Origin: Sedimentibacter sp.
GTDB taxonomy: Bacteria; Bacillota; Clostridia; Tissierellales; Sedimentibacteraceae
Direction: 5' to 3'
Length of the DNA: 64,000 nucleotides
Assembly (NCBI GenBank): GCA_050173715.1
Contig: JBFXKO010000020.1
Coordinates: 855 to 64,854, forward strand
Below the pieces are notes generated by a model. That model was not told the origin of the DNA, made no database searches, and saw only the letters and a list, made by a program, of their open reading frames with translations. How positions within the stretch are numbered: the stretch's first letter is position 1; each line of letters starts with the position of its first letter. A program made the position numbers and the translations under genes. Below, piece after piece: positions 9,267 through 18,372 of this stretch.

Positions 9267-9602
9267 ATGAATTGTCATGGAAATAACGATGGAAATAATA
9301 AAGAAAATTATAACGAAAATAAAGGGATGCACAATCATAGTCCGATAAAGCATATGCTTCATATGATTCTTTGCTGCGGATTGCCAATATTAATTTTTGC
9401 TGCACTACCGTTTATATCAAAGGTTAGTCCGGGAGCCAGCAGGATATTATTAGTGATTGCTCCATTTATATGTCCGTTAATGATGATAGGAATGATACCA
9501 ATGATGTTAGGCGGTGGAAAGAATAATAAAAAATCAAGCTACTGTGAAAACAAAGAAAGTATCTCCAAAGCACAACTTGAGTTAAATGAACCAACAGAAT
9601 AA
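9267..9602 (+). CDS. Small His/Cys/Met-rich two-TM membrane protein (DUF2933-like)
   Basis: HNHSPIKHMLHMILCCGLP and ICPLMMIGMIPMM motifs; GGAGG RBS. Confidence 0.75.
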   Translation: MNCHGNNDGNNKENYNENKGMHNHSPIKHMLHMILCCGLPILIFAALPFISKVSPGASRILLVIAPFICPLMMIGMIPMMLGGGKNNKKSSYCENKESISKAQLELNEPTE

Positions 9603-9687
9603 GTTGAATTTTGCAAAAAATGATAGCAATTTTATTATTGTTGCGACTATGGCGTGATGAGTAAAAAATTAACTAACATTTAATAAA

Positions 9688-9717
9688 AGATTAATGCCAA
9701 ACGGCATTAATTTTTGT
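9688..9717 (+). terminator. Rho-independent terminator
   Basis: ATTAATGCC-AAAC-GGCATTAAT followed by Ts. Confidence 0.7.
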
Positions 9718-9745
9718 TATTTAAAAAGAAAAAGGTGTTTTAATA

Positions 9746-12700
9746 ATGAAAAAATTTTTTAATAACAGATATAATGTTTTGTTTTTAATATTCGCTTTGC
9801 TTTTGATAATTTTAGGATATAGAATGGCTGTATTGACAATCGTTGAAGGGGCTAGCTACAGAGAAATTGCAGATGTTAAGAAAATTAAAGATATACCTGT
9901 CAAGGCTCCAAGAGGAAAAATATATGACAGAAACGGAGTTGTCTTAGCAGACAATGTACCAAGCTTCACGGTACAAATGTTTACTGACCAAATAAATGAA
10001 GAAGATTTTAATCAAATATCATATACTTTGTCTAAAATATTAGATATAAATGCGGAAAATTCTATAGATGAATTTCCTATACTTTTAGATTTATTAGAAT
10101 TTAAACAAAATATAAAGTTGGACAAGACAGCCAATGAAGAAGTTATTGATTCTGTAAAAGACAATATAAATGATTGGTTCAATTATGAAACGATAATTTA
10201 CGGTGAAAGGTTCAGTCCTAAAGAACTGGTATTAAAAACGATAAAAAAGGATATAAAAGATTTAAATATTGAACTTAAAGACGGACAATTTGTTTTTGCT
10301 GATGAGGATGAAGAACAGGAGGTATCAGGATTAACAGATGAAAGAAATAAGTTAAAAAATCAAAATCCTAAAGATATTATTATCGAGAAGCTATTGAACG
10401 AAAACAAATTCATACTGGAGCTTTTTTCTAATTCAAAAATCAGAAAATTTTCTTTTGAATTTTTAAAATCCATAGACCTTGCAGGCAATATCGAATTAGT
10501 TGAGTATTCATTCTCATATGATAATGAATTTAAAAACATAAAGAGGAATTTATCTCTGGCAAATGAAGAAATTACTGATGCAACAAATGCAAAGGATGAT
10601 TTTGTTGTCCTTACATTAAAAAATTCAATTGATAATTTATTGCTTGCTAATTATGAATCTAAAAATGAGAAAATAATACCTGGTAAAATACTTATTGAAA
10701 GATTAAAAGAAATTTATCCTGATTTTCCTGTTGAATATTATGAAAATGGACAAACAGTCTTATTTGAATTTACAGATGAAAAAACAAAGATGAAATATCT
10801 GAATCAATATAATTTTGACATTGAAATAAATGCATTAGATTTTATAAAAGAAATGGCAGCAAAAAATTATAATATTTTATATGACTTTATTACAAACGAC
10901 GAAATAAAATATTATGCCCAAGCAGAACTTTTAAAATATATAAATCCGCATATTTCAATAGATAATTGGGAATACACACCCATCAAAAACAAAAAAATAT
11001 GGATAAGCAAAAATATTGATTCAGAAGAAAATAACACTATCTATGCTGCAGAAGAATCATTTAATGCGTTAAGAGAGAAGTTGAAAGTAGATTTTAATAT
11101 TAACGACTATGACTTCCGAAACATGTTAGTTATTAGAGAAAGGTATAACAAAACAAGTTATCTTTCATATCATCCCGTAGATATAGCCTATGGAATTTCT
11201 GAAAAATCTGTCGCTATGATTTCAGAAAGATCACATGAATTAAATGGAATAAATGTTGAAATCGAACCGCTCCGAAGTTATCCTGAAAAAGAATCCGCAG
11301 CGCACATTTTAGGATATCTAGGCAAGATTTCACAGGAGAATGAAATAAAAGAATACATTGATGAGAATGGTTACAGCCCTGAAGACATCATAGGAAAAAC
11401 AGGAGTTGAAGAAAAGTTTGAACACTATTTAAGAGGAGAAAAAGGAAAGAAAACTGTTGAAGTTAATAATTTTGGAGAAACAATAAAGTCAGTTTCAAGT
11501 CAGGCGCCGGTACCAGGCGATGATTTGTATCTTACAATAGATATTAACTTACAAAAGAAGGCTGAGGAATCACTAAAAAAAGGTTTGGAACAGATACAAA
11601 ATGGCGGAGTCTTTGAAAGTGAATGGGGTAATTTCAATTTTGGAGACAGCTATGAAGATGCAACATCAGGCTCATTGGTTGCATTGGATGTAAAAACAGG
11701 AGAAGTTTTAGCAATGGCAAATTATCCATCATATGATTTAAACATGTTTTCAACGGGTATTTCTGCCGAAGATTGGAACAACCTCCAAAATGAATCAAGA
11801 AATCCTCTTGCTCCAAAATCTTTGTACAATATTGCAATGCTTACTTCTATTCAACCAGGCTCTACTTTTAAAATGGTAACAGCATTAGCAGCGCTTGAGA
11901 AAGGTGTTGACCCGCTTACTGAAATATATTGTCCAGGAACTATTAAAGTAGGAGATAGAAACTTTAACTGCTGGTCATATACTCTCTTTGGCTATGGACA
12001 TGGGTGGCAAAATATGTATGAAGCTATACAAAATTCATGCAATATATATTTTTTTGTAACTGTATTAGGAGTAAATCCGGCTACTGACCAAAAACACACA
12101 GTTCAAGTTGATGTAGATGATATAATTGAAACAGCTAAGATGTTAGGCTTAGATAGCAAAACAGGAATTGAAATAGATATTCCACAGGAATCTTCAGGAG
12201 GAGTTCCAAGTATAGATGGTAAAAAATCAAGTATAAGAGTGTATTTAAGAATATTTTTGGAAGGTAATTTGGAAAAATATTTATATAATGGTTCTAATTT
12301 AGGTGAAGACATGAAAAATGAAATAATAGAAGAAATAGTAAGCTGGATTGACAGAGAAGAACCATTGACCAGGGGAGAAGTATACGAAAACTTAAAATTG
12401 CTGGGAGTAAATCCGGATATAACAAATAACAATAATGTACCTTTGGTTGATATTATTAAATATTCTTTCATAAACCAGGCACACTGGACGGCTGGGGACA
12501 ATTTAAATATTGCTATCGGTCAGGGTTCTAATTCCTACACAGCTCTTCAAATGTCTAATTATGCTTCTATAATTGCTAATGGTGGCTACAAAAGAAATGT
12601 TAGTGTTATAAAAGAAATTAAAACATTTGATGGACAAAAAACGGATTATATTCCATTACGAGAATCTGAAAGAATTGAGCTTTCTGATTACAATCATTTG

Positions 12701-13003
12701 GAAATATTAAAGGAAGGCATGAGAAGAGTTTCATCGGAAGACAGTGGAAGACCATATGCTAATTTTCCGGTTGAAGTTGGAAGCAAGACAGGTACAGCAC
12801 AAAAGGAAGGGATAAATCCTGAAACAGGTGAACCTTATGATGAATTTGCCTGGTATGTTGCATTTGCTCCTTATGATGATCCTCAAATAGCAGTAGCAAT
12901 AGTTTTATTTCAAGGTGGTTCAGGAAGATATCCTACCCCTATTGCCAGAGAGGTAATTGGCGAATATTTGAAGATAAAAGGCATTGTTCAAACGAATAAT
13001 TAA
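9746..13003 (+). CDS. Large class B penicillin-binding protein (PBP2/MrdA-like transpeptidase with insertions)
   Basis: N-terminal TM helix, APRGKIYDRNG, SxxK (GSTFK), SxN (SCN) and KTG motifs; 1085 aa. Confidence 0.92.
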   Translation: MKKFFNNRYNVLFLIFALLLIILGYRMAVLTIVEGASYREIADVKKIKDIPVKAPRGKIYDRNGVVLADNVPSFTVQMFTDQINEEDFNQISYTLSKILDINAENSIDEFPILLDLLEFKQNIKLDKTANEEVIDSVKDNINDWFNYETIIYGERFSPKELVLKTIKKDIKDLNIELKDGQFVFADEDEEQEVSGLTDERNKLKNQNPKDIIIEKLLNENKFILELFSNSKIRKFSFEFLKSIDLAGNIELVEYSFSYDNEFKNIKRNLSLANEEITDATNAKDDFVVLTLKNSIDNLLLANYESKNEKIIPGKILIERLKEIYPDFPVEYYENGQTVLFEFTDEKTKMKYLNQYNFDIEINALDFIKEMAAKNYNILYDFITNDEIKYYAQAELLKYINPHISIDNWEYTPIKNKKIWISKNIDSEENNTIYAAEESFNALREKLKVDFNINDYDFRNMLVIRERYNKTSYLSYHPVDIAYGISEKSVAMISERSHELNGINVEIEPLRSYPEKESAAHILGYLGKISQENEIKEYIDENGYSPEDIIGKTGVEEKFEHYLRGEKGKKTVEVNNFGETIKSVSSQAPVPGDDLYLTIDINLQKKAEESLKKGLEQIQNGGVFESEWGNFNFGDSYEDATSGSLVALDVKTGEVLAMANYPSYDLNMFSTGISAEDWNNLQNESRNPLAPKSLYNIAMLTSIQPGSTFKMVTALAALEKGVDPLTEIYCPGTIKVGDRNFNCWSYTLFGYGHGWQNMYEAIQNSCNIYFFVTVLGVNPATDQKHTVQVDVDDIIETAKMLGLDSKTGIEIDIPQESSGGVPSIDGKKSSIRVYLRIFLEGNLEKYLYNGSNLGEDMKNEIIEEIVSWIDREEPLTRGEVYENLKLLGVNPDITNNNNVPLVDIIKYSFINQAHWTAGDNLNIAIGQGSNSYTALQMSNYASIIANGGYKRNVSVIKEIKTFDGQKTDYIPLRESERIELSDYNHLEILKEGMRRVSSEDSGRPYANFPVEVGSKTGTAQKEGINPETGEPYDEFAWYVAFAPYDDPQIAVAIVLFQGGSGRYPTPIAREVIGEYLKIKGIVQTNN

Positions 13004-13010
13004 TTTTATA

Positions 13011-13053
13011 TAAAAACGCCTATGTAATTTTTAAAATCACATAGGCGTTTTTT
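13011..13053. terminator. Bidirectional terminator between convergent genes
   Basis: AAAAACGCCTATGT...ACATAGGCGTTTTT. Confidence 0.8.
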
Positions 13054-14401
13054 ATTGTATTGTTATTGTACTGCTTATCATACCCATCCAGCATGTGTAA
13101 GTTATAGTTCCGGCTTGTGTTGGAGTAAATTCAATTGTATTTTCTCCAAGTTCAAGTTTTTGCTGAATTCCATATTGGGGTATTATAATTTCATTGTTGC
13201 AACCGTTCAATGTGCCTTTATCAGCTATTATTGTCCATTTCAAAGGGGCTCCGGCATATACGGTAATTGGCTGGTATTTGCCTGGCTCAAGTTTTGTTGT
13301 TACTGTCTGGTTGCCGTCATTAATAACAGCATTTACAGACTTTCCACTTTGGTTTAAATCTATTCCCAGAGGAGATAAAATGGCATTTGCTATATTAATT
13401 CCTGCCAATGAAAAACCTCTGTTTCCCATGATAATACCTAATATGATAACTAACATAGCACTTATTTTCATCATTTGTTTAGTAAACTTAGAACTCAGTA
13501 TTGAACTGAAAGCGCCAAAAGCAAACATCATAGGCACAGTTCCTATGCTAAAAATTAACATTGATAATGCGCCTGTAAAAAAGCTTCCTGTTCCAAGAGC
13601 ATAAAGCTGCATTGCCTGTAATGGACCACAAGGCATAAATCCATTAAGCAAACCTACAATAAATGGTCCATTATTATTTTTCTTATTGTCAATTTTATTA
13701 GTTAAACTTTTAGGAAGACGTGGCATTATTTTTCTCAATTTAGCGGATAAGCCTAACATGTTAATACCCATGATGATCATGAATAACCCTGCTATAAATG
13801 AAATCAATGCTTTACCTTTCAGTGAAATACTAAAAATTGAACCAAGAGCACCAACCAATCCTCCTAAAATTGTGTAAGATGTCACTCTCCCAAGGTTATA
13901 TAAAAAACTTGGTTTAAGCTTACTGTATATATTGTTTTCACATCCGTTGCATCCCGAACATTGAGATAAATTTATTCCGCCGCACATAGCTATACAGTGA
14001 ACTGATGTAAAAAGTCCTGCTACGAAAAGCATGCCATAACCCATACTCTGTGTTATTTGCGGGAAAAAGTTAAAACCAACAGTATTATTAATGATTACAT
14101 ACAGACCGACGATAATGAGACCAATTAACAAAGTAGTGGTGATAGATGATTCTTCTTCTATATTATCATCATCGAGTATAACATCATAACCTTTTTTCTT
14201 GATAGTTTCGTAAATAATGTTTATATCAATTTCTTCTGGTATATATGTTATTTCTGCTGTAGATGAAGCATAGCTTACATTTATCTTTAAAACTCCATCC
14301 AATTTGTTTATTGCTTTCTCAATCTTATTTTCACAAGCTGTGCAGGTAACCCCATCTAATTTAATAATTTTTTGTTCAGTTAACTTCTGCATTTTTACCA
14401 A
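13052..14401 (-). CDS. HMA + DsbD_2/TauE-like membrane domain + cupredoxin-like domain protein
   Basis: GVTCTAC HMA motif, TSVHCIAMCGG, FMPCGPLQ, C-terminal LNGCNN...YTCWMGM; likely ATG at 14392. Confidence 0.85.
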   Translation of the reverse strand: MVKMQKLTEQKIIKLDGVTCTACENKIEKAINKLDGVLKINVSYASSTAEITYIPEEIDINIIYETIKKKGYDVILDDDNIEEESSITTTLLIGLIIVGLYVIINNTVGFNFFPQITQSMGYGMLFVAGLFTSVHCIAMCGGINLSQCSGCNGCENNIYSKLKPSFLYNLGRVTSYTILGGLVGALGSIFSISLKGKALISFIAGLFMIIMGINMLGLSAKLRKIMPRLPKSLTNKIDNKKNNNGPFIVGLLNGFMPCGPLQAMQLYALGTGSFFTGALSMLIFSIGTVPMMFAFGAFSSILSSKFTKQMMKISAMLVIILGIIMGNRGFSLAGINIANAILSPLGIDLNQSGKSVNAVINDGNQTVTTKLEPGKYQPITVYAGAPLKWTIIADKGTLNGCNNEIIIPQYGIQQKLELGENTIEFTPTQAGTITYTCWMGMISSTITIQ

Positions 14402-14944
14402 CTAGTTTTTCCAATTTGCAAATATACCTTCAGCTTCAACAAGTAAATCCTTAGGAATTGTAATTGTTGAGTCAGTTTCTGTTTTCATTTCTTTAAATAT
14501 TGGAACAGGGTTACATCCGCCTCTTGCTACTTCAACTTCATCCATTTTAAATCTGTTCCCACAGTTTTGACATACCAACACATCACCTTCCTGTACGTAA
14601 TATCCTCTTCCTGAAGAATAACATACTTGACAAGTATTAAATGCTGTTCTTACTGTTCCATCTGATGCCTTGACAGCTAAAATTTCCATGTATGTGTCAA
14701 GTTCATCATAAGCATAGAATGTGGCAGTATCGGTTACATCAGCCTTAGGAATAACCATATCTCCTTTTTCGTCAGTTACTGATGTTGCTGTTGGCTTTGG
14801 TTGCTCTGTTAAGTTTTCATCTTCATTTTTAGAATTTAAAAAAGTAAATGCTGCTATGCCTATTACTATAACTGCTACAACTCCAAGAATTACATTAGAG
14901 TTTTTCTTTGATGATTTACCTTTGCCTTTTTTACTATTCTTCAT
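14402..14944 (-). CDS. DUF2318 family Cys-rich (putative Fe-S/metal-binding) membrane-anchored protein
   Basis: TM anchor; TCQVC, VCQNCGNRF and GGCNPVP motifs. Confidence 0.85.
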   Translation of the reverse strand: MKNSKKGKGKSSKKNSNVILGVVAVIVIGIAAFTFLNSKNEDENLTEQPKPTATSVTDEKGDMVIPKADVTDTATFYAYDELDTYMEILAVKASDGTVRTAFNTCQVCYSSGRGYYVQEGDVLVCQNCGNRFKMDEVEVARGGCNPVPIFKEMKTETDSTITIPKDLLVEAEGIFANWKN

Positions 14945-14979
14945 ATTATTATCCTTTCAATAAATTAAACTTAGAAATT

Positions 14980-15013
14980 ATCATAATAAAACTTTATGAA
15001 GATTTAATGGAGA
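14980..15013 (-). promoter_or_regulatory. Tandem direct-repeat activator site plus -10 box (site 5 of 5)
   Basis: Minus strand TCTCCATTAAA/TCTTCATAAAG (15013-14992); TATGAT at 14985-14980. Confidence 0.7.
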
Positions 15014-15142
15014 TTTAATAAAAATATCGAATTTCAAAGCATTGAATATTCAAGATTGTAGAAAATTGTAGAAAAATAGTGATAGCATTTTGTCATTGTG
15101 ACCATAAGATATACCATAAATTAATTATCAGGAGGACTTACA

Positions 15143-16069
15143 ATGCAATATAGAAACAATTTTGTTCAACAATCATTAGAGTTGCATCTATTTTTTTCAA
15201 GAATTATGAAGGAACACTCTTTTTTTCTACAAATAGCATTTACGCCCAGAGATTTGAATTATTCTCAAAAAGCTGATGAATTCAGAAGGGAATATGATAA
15301 GGTTTTGGATGAAGTTATTTTTCTTTCCAATGGCAATGTAGGGCAAAGCGTGCTTCAATCTGGTGAAGTTTTTACTCCTTACACGATACCAGCTGAAATG
15401 GCATCTTCTTATTTTACAGGGGTTAGGATTCCAAGTGAACTGACACAAAGAGAAGCACAATTGATGGGGAGCAATAATATTACTGTCAATTCACAATTAG
15501 AAGAAAGAGTTTATCAGATAAATCAGAGGGTTATAGAATTAACTCAAGCATTAATACAATTTAAAACTAATATTTTGAATAATGTATTATCTTGCAACAT
15601 GTTTACAGTTAATTATCCATTATTAATAGATCACATAATGCGAGAAGCAAAGCTTTACGTACAAACAATACAAAGAATCCAAAGCAGAGAATATATTGAT
15701 GTTGAAAGAGAAGCTTTAGAGCAAGAAATGTTTTGGAACAGAATAATGGCAGAGCATTCAAAATTTATACGTGGTTTCCTTGACCCATCCGAGGTTGAAT
15801 TATTTGATGCAGCTAATAATTTTGGTAAAGAGTTTGATCAATTAACTTTAGATGCAAAAGCTGCAATGGATATGACAATACCTGTGGCTAAGGTTACAAA
15901 TGATAGCCTGAAAGCTACTCAAGCAATAAGAGATTTTAAAACCCAAGGAACCCAAGGAATACTTGAATGCAAAATAAAATCAATTATTATACCTTTATTG
16001 GGTGATCATACAATTCGTGAAGCAAGTCACTACTTAAGACTTTTAAATATTTTTAAAAATTATAATTAA
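15143..16069 (+). CDS. DUF2935 domain protein
   Basis: Duplicated FFSRIMKEHS / FWNRIMAEHS motifs and DHIMREA / DHTIREA. Confidence 0.85.
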   Translation: MQYRNNFVQQSLELHLFFSRIMKEHSFFLQIAFTPRDLNYSQKADEFRREYDKVLDEVIFLSNGNVGQSVLQSGEVFTPYTIPAEMASSYFTGVRIPSELTQREAQLMGSNNITVNSQLEERVYQINQRVIELTQALIQFKTNILNNVLSCNMFTVNYPLLIDHIMREAKLYVQTIQRIQSREYIDVEREALEQEMFWNRIMAEHSKFIRGFLDPSEVELFDAANNFGKEFDQLTLDAKAAMDMTIPVAKVTNDSLKATQAIRDFKTQGTQGILECKIKSIIIPLLGDHTIREASHYLRLLNIFKNYN

Positions 16070-16252
16070 AGACGATTTTTAGCTTTATTTTACAAAAGCA
16101 TATGTTAATAGATGTCTTAAATAATAAACCTCTTGGAGTTTTATGAACCTAAGAGGTTATATTTAAGATTAAATGGTAGATATAATTAAGGATTAAATTT
16201 CAAATACAATAAACAAAAATAAACACCGAAAAAACTCGGTGCTTTATAACAA

Positions 16253-16945
16253 CTAATCATCAACTCTAAATACATGCTCATCTCTAAGTCGTTTTATTAC
16301 TTCCTTTGAAAGCTGTAACATTTCCATTTGTTCTTCCTCAGCCAGCTCTCTTTTTGACAAAATTACCTTGTAGCTCGATGGTCTTAAGGAAACACCTTCT
16401 AGTCCGCTTATAAGTCCTGATAAAGCCGTTGTTTTTTTCATTGGAACAAAGAAATTCATCAACACAAACTCTGAGTCATACAAGCAGTTTTTAAGATTAA
16501 AGTTAAGTATGTTTTCATGATGGTTCATATTACCTTGATAGACGCAATCACAATTTTTTAAATCGTTGAAGTTTTCAATCTTGTAATACAATGTGGCAAT
16601 TATTTTTTTATTGGCATCGTCTATTCTAAGCTGTATGTAAGAGCTGTATATTTTTTTTCCACTTTGGTGGTACAAGTATAAATGATCAGCTTGCCAAAAA
16701 GATTGTGGTTCAATTTCAACCTTATTGCTGTCTTCATAATCAATTAAATTAATAATGTTTATGTTTAATGCATTTGCAATATCATACAAGGTCTGTACAT
16801 CAATTGCTATTTCTCCGGATTCATACTTTGAAACTGTTGATTTGCTTTTGCTTATGAGCTTTGCAAGGTCATCAATAGTTAACTTCTTTATTTTACGAAA
16901 CATTTTTATTTGACTTCCAACATGCTTTAATAATTCATTAGCCAT
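16253..16945 (-). CDS. XRE-family HTH transcriptional regulator
   Basis: N-terminal HTH (LTIDDLAKLISKSKSTVSKYESGE) plus a C-terminal putative sensor domain. Confidence 0.85.
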   Translation of the reverse strand: MANELLKHVGSQIKMFRKIKKLTIDDLAKLISKSKSTVSKYESGEIAIDVQTLYDIANALNINIINLIDYEDSNKVEIEPQSFWQADHLYLYHQSGKKIYSSYIQLRIDDANKKIIATLYYKIENFNDLKNCDCVYQGNMNHHENILNFNLKNCLYDSEFVLMNFFVPMKKTTALSGLISGLEGVSLRPSSYKVILSKRELAEEEQMEMLQLSKEVIKRLRDEHVFRVDD

Positions 16946-17295
16946 TTCAGTCTCCTTATCTTACTATACATTTATATAGTTTGTATAAAATTATACAATT
17001 TATAATTAAGTATATAATAAAAGAAAATAATTGTCAATTAATAGCAAATTAGCAATCAAAACTATATAAGGGAGCGGAATAGAAAAGCCGGTTCATCTGG
17101 CTATAAATTAAAGTATTCTAATATACCTGAGGTAATTTCATCTGCACATTCCTGTCTAATCATTCATGCATTTTGCAACATTTGACTGTATTTGAAAATC
17201 GAAGACAATTGATGAAAAAAACAGCAAAATGGAAATTATAGCAGCAATGAATATAATTCTGCGAATAAATAATTTATTTTTTAAGAAAATAACTA

Positions 17296-17361
17296 TTGAA
17301 ATTCTATAAAACAATAGTTATAATAAGTTAAAGGTCAAAGAAAGTCAAAGTTAAAGTCAAA
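17296..17361 (+). promoter_or_regulatory. SigA promoter with CtsR boxes
   Basis: TTGAAA-N17-TATAAT (17296-17324), then GGTCAAA-GAA-AGTCAAA (17333-17349) and a third AGTCAAA (17355-17361). Confidence 0.88.
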
Positions 17362-17377
17362 CAAAGGAAGTGAGAAA

Positions 17378-17848
17378 TTGTCTAACAACTTAAGTGATAT
17401 AATTGAAGGTTTTATTAAAGAATTGCTTGAAGCAAATAACTTCAAGGCTGTGGAAATACAAAGAAATATTCTTGCTCAGCAATTTGACTGCTCTCCATCT
17501 CAAATAAATTATGTGCTTACAACCCGATTTAACAATGACAGAGGCTACATAGTTGAAAGCAGACGCGGAGGTGGCGGTTATATAAGAATTTTCAAAGTAC
17601 ATTCAGCCACTGAGGGTGAGCTTGAGAGAATACTGAATGATAGCATAGGAGATAGCATAACTTTAAATAGGGCATTTGATTTGTTGCATGCTCTGTCTGA
17701 AAGAGGTGTAATTTCCTTAAGGGATTTAAAGATTATGCAAAGTGTTTTAAGTGACAGAGCCTTAAATAATGTTTCTTATGAAGACAGAAACAAACTGCGG
17801 GCGGATTTGTTAAAGGAAATGATTTTATCATCTATAGAAGATGATTAA
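17378..17848 (+). CDS. ctsR: Class III heat-shock repressor CtsR
   Basis: PSQINYVLTTRF and VESRRGGGGYIRI motifs. Confidence 0.95.
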   Translation: MSNNLSDIIEGFIKELLEANNFKAVEIQRNILAQQFDCSPSQINYVLTTRFNNDRGYIVESRRGGGGYIRIFKVHSATEGELERILNDSIGDSITLNRAFDLLHALSERGVISLRDLKIMQSVLSDRALNNVSYEDRNKLRADLLKEMILSSIEDD

Positions 17849-17871
17849 TATAGTACTAGGAGGGTATAAAA

Positions 17872-18360
17872 ATGTTATGTAATGAATGCGGTAAAAATGA
17901 AGCTAAGGTCCATGTAACACAAATAATAAACGGTAAAAAAACAGAGTCGCATTTATGTGAAGAATGTGCTAAAAAGAATCAATCATTTTTCAATTCCAAT
18001 TTTTCAATGGAAAATTTGTTTTCTTCAATGTTAAATAATGCGTTTAATTCAACTGCTTATGCGCCAATCAAGGGTTGTTCAAAGTGCGGTATGACATATG
18101 AGGAATTTAGAACTGCAGGTAAGTTTGGCTGCAGCGACTGTATAGACACATTCAAGCCAAGGTTGATGCCGGTTGTTAAAAATATTCAAGGCTATGATGC
18201 ACATGCAGGGAAAATTCCTAAAAGAGCAGGCGGTAGCTACAAAATTCAAAAAGATATTGAAAAGTTAAAAGCACAGTTAAAGCTTGCAATTGAAAATGAG
18301 GAATATGAAAAAGCTGCACAGTATAGAGACCAAATCAGAGAAATGGAAAACAATATTTAG
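17872..18360 (+). CDS. mcsA: McsA (CxxC motifs plus UVR domain)
   Basis: CNEC, CEEC, CSKC and CSDC motifs; C-terminal EEYEKAAQYRD. Confidence 0.93.
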   Translation: MLCNECGKNEAKVHVTQIINGKKTESHLCEECAKKNQSFFNSNFSMENLFSSMLNNAFNSTAYAPIKGCSKCGMTYEEFRTAGKFGCSDCIDTFKPRLMPVVKNIQGYDAHAGKIPKRAGGSYKIQKDIEKLKAQLKLAIENEEYEKAAQYRDQIREMENNI

Positions 18361-18372
18361 GCAGGTGATATC

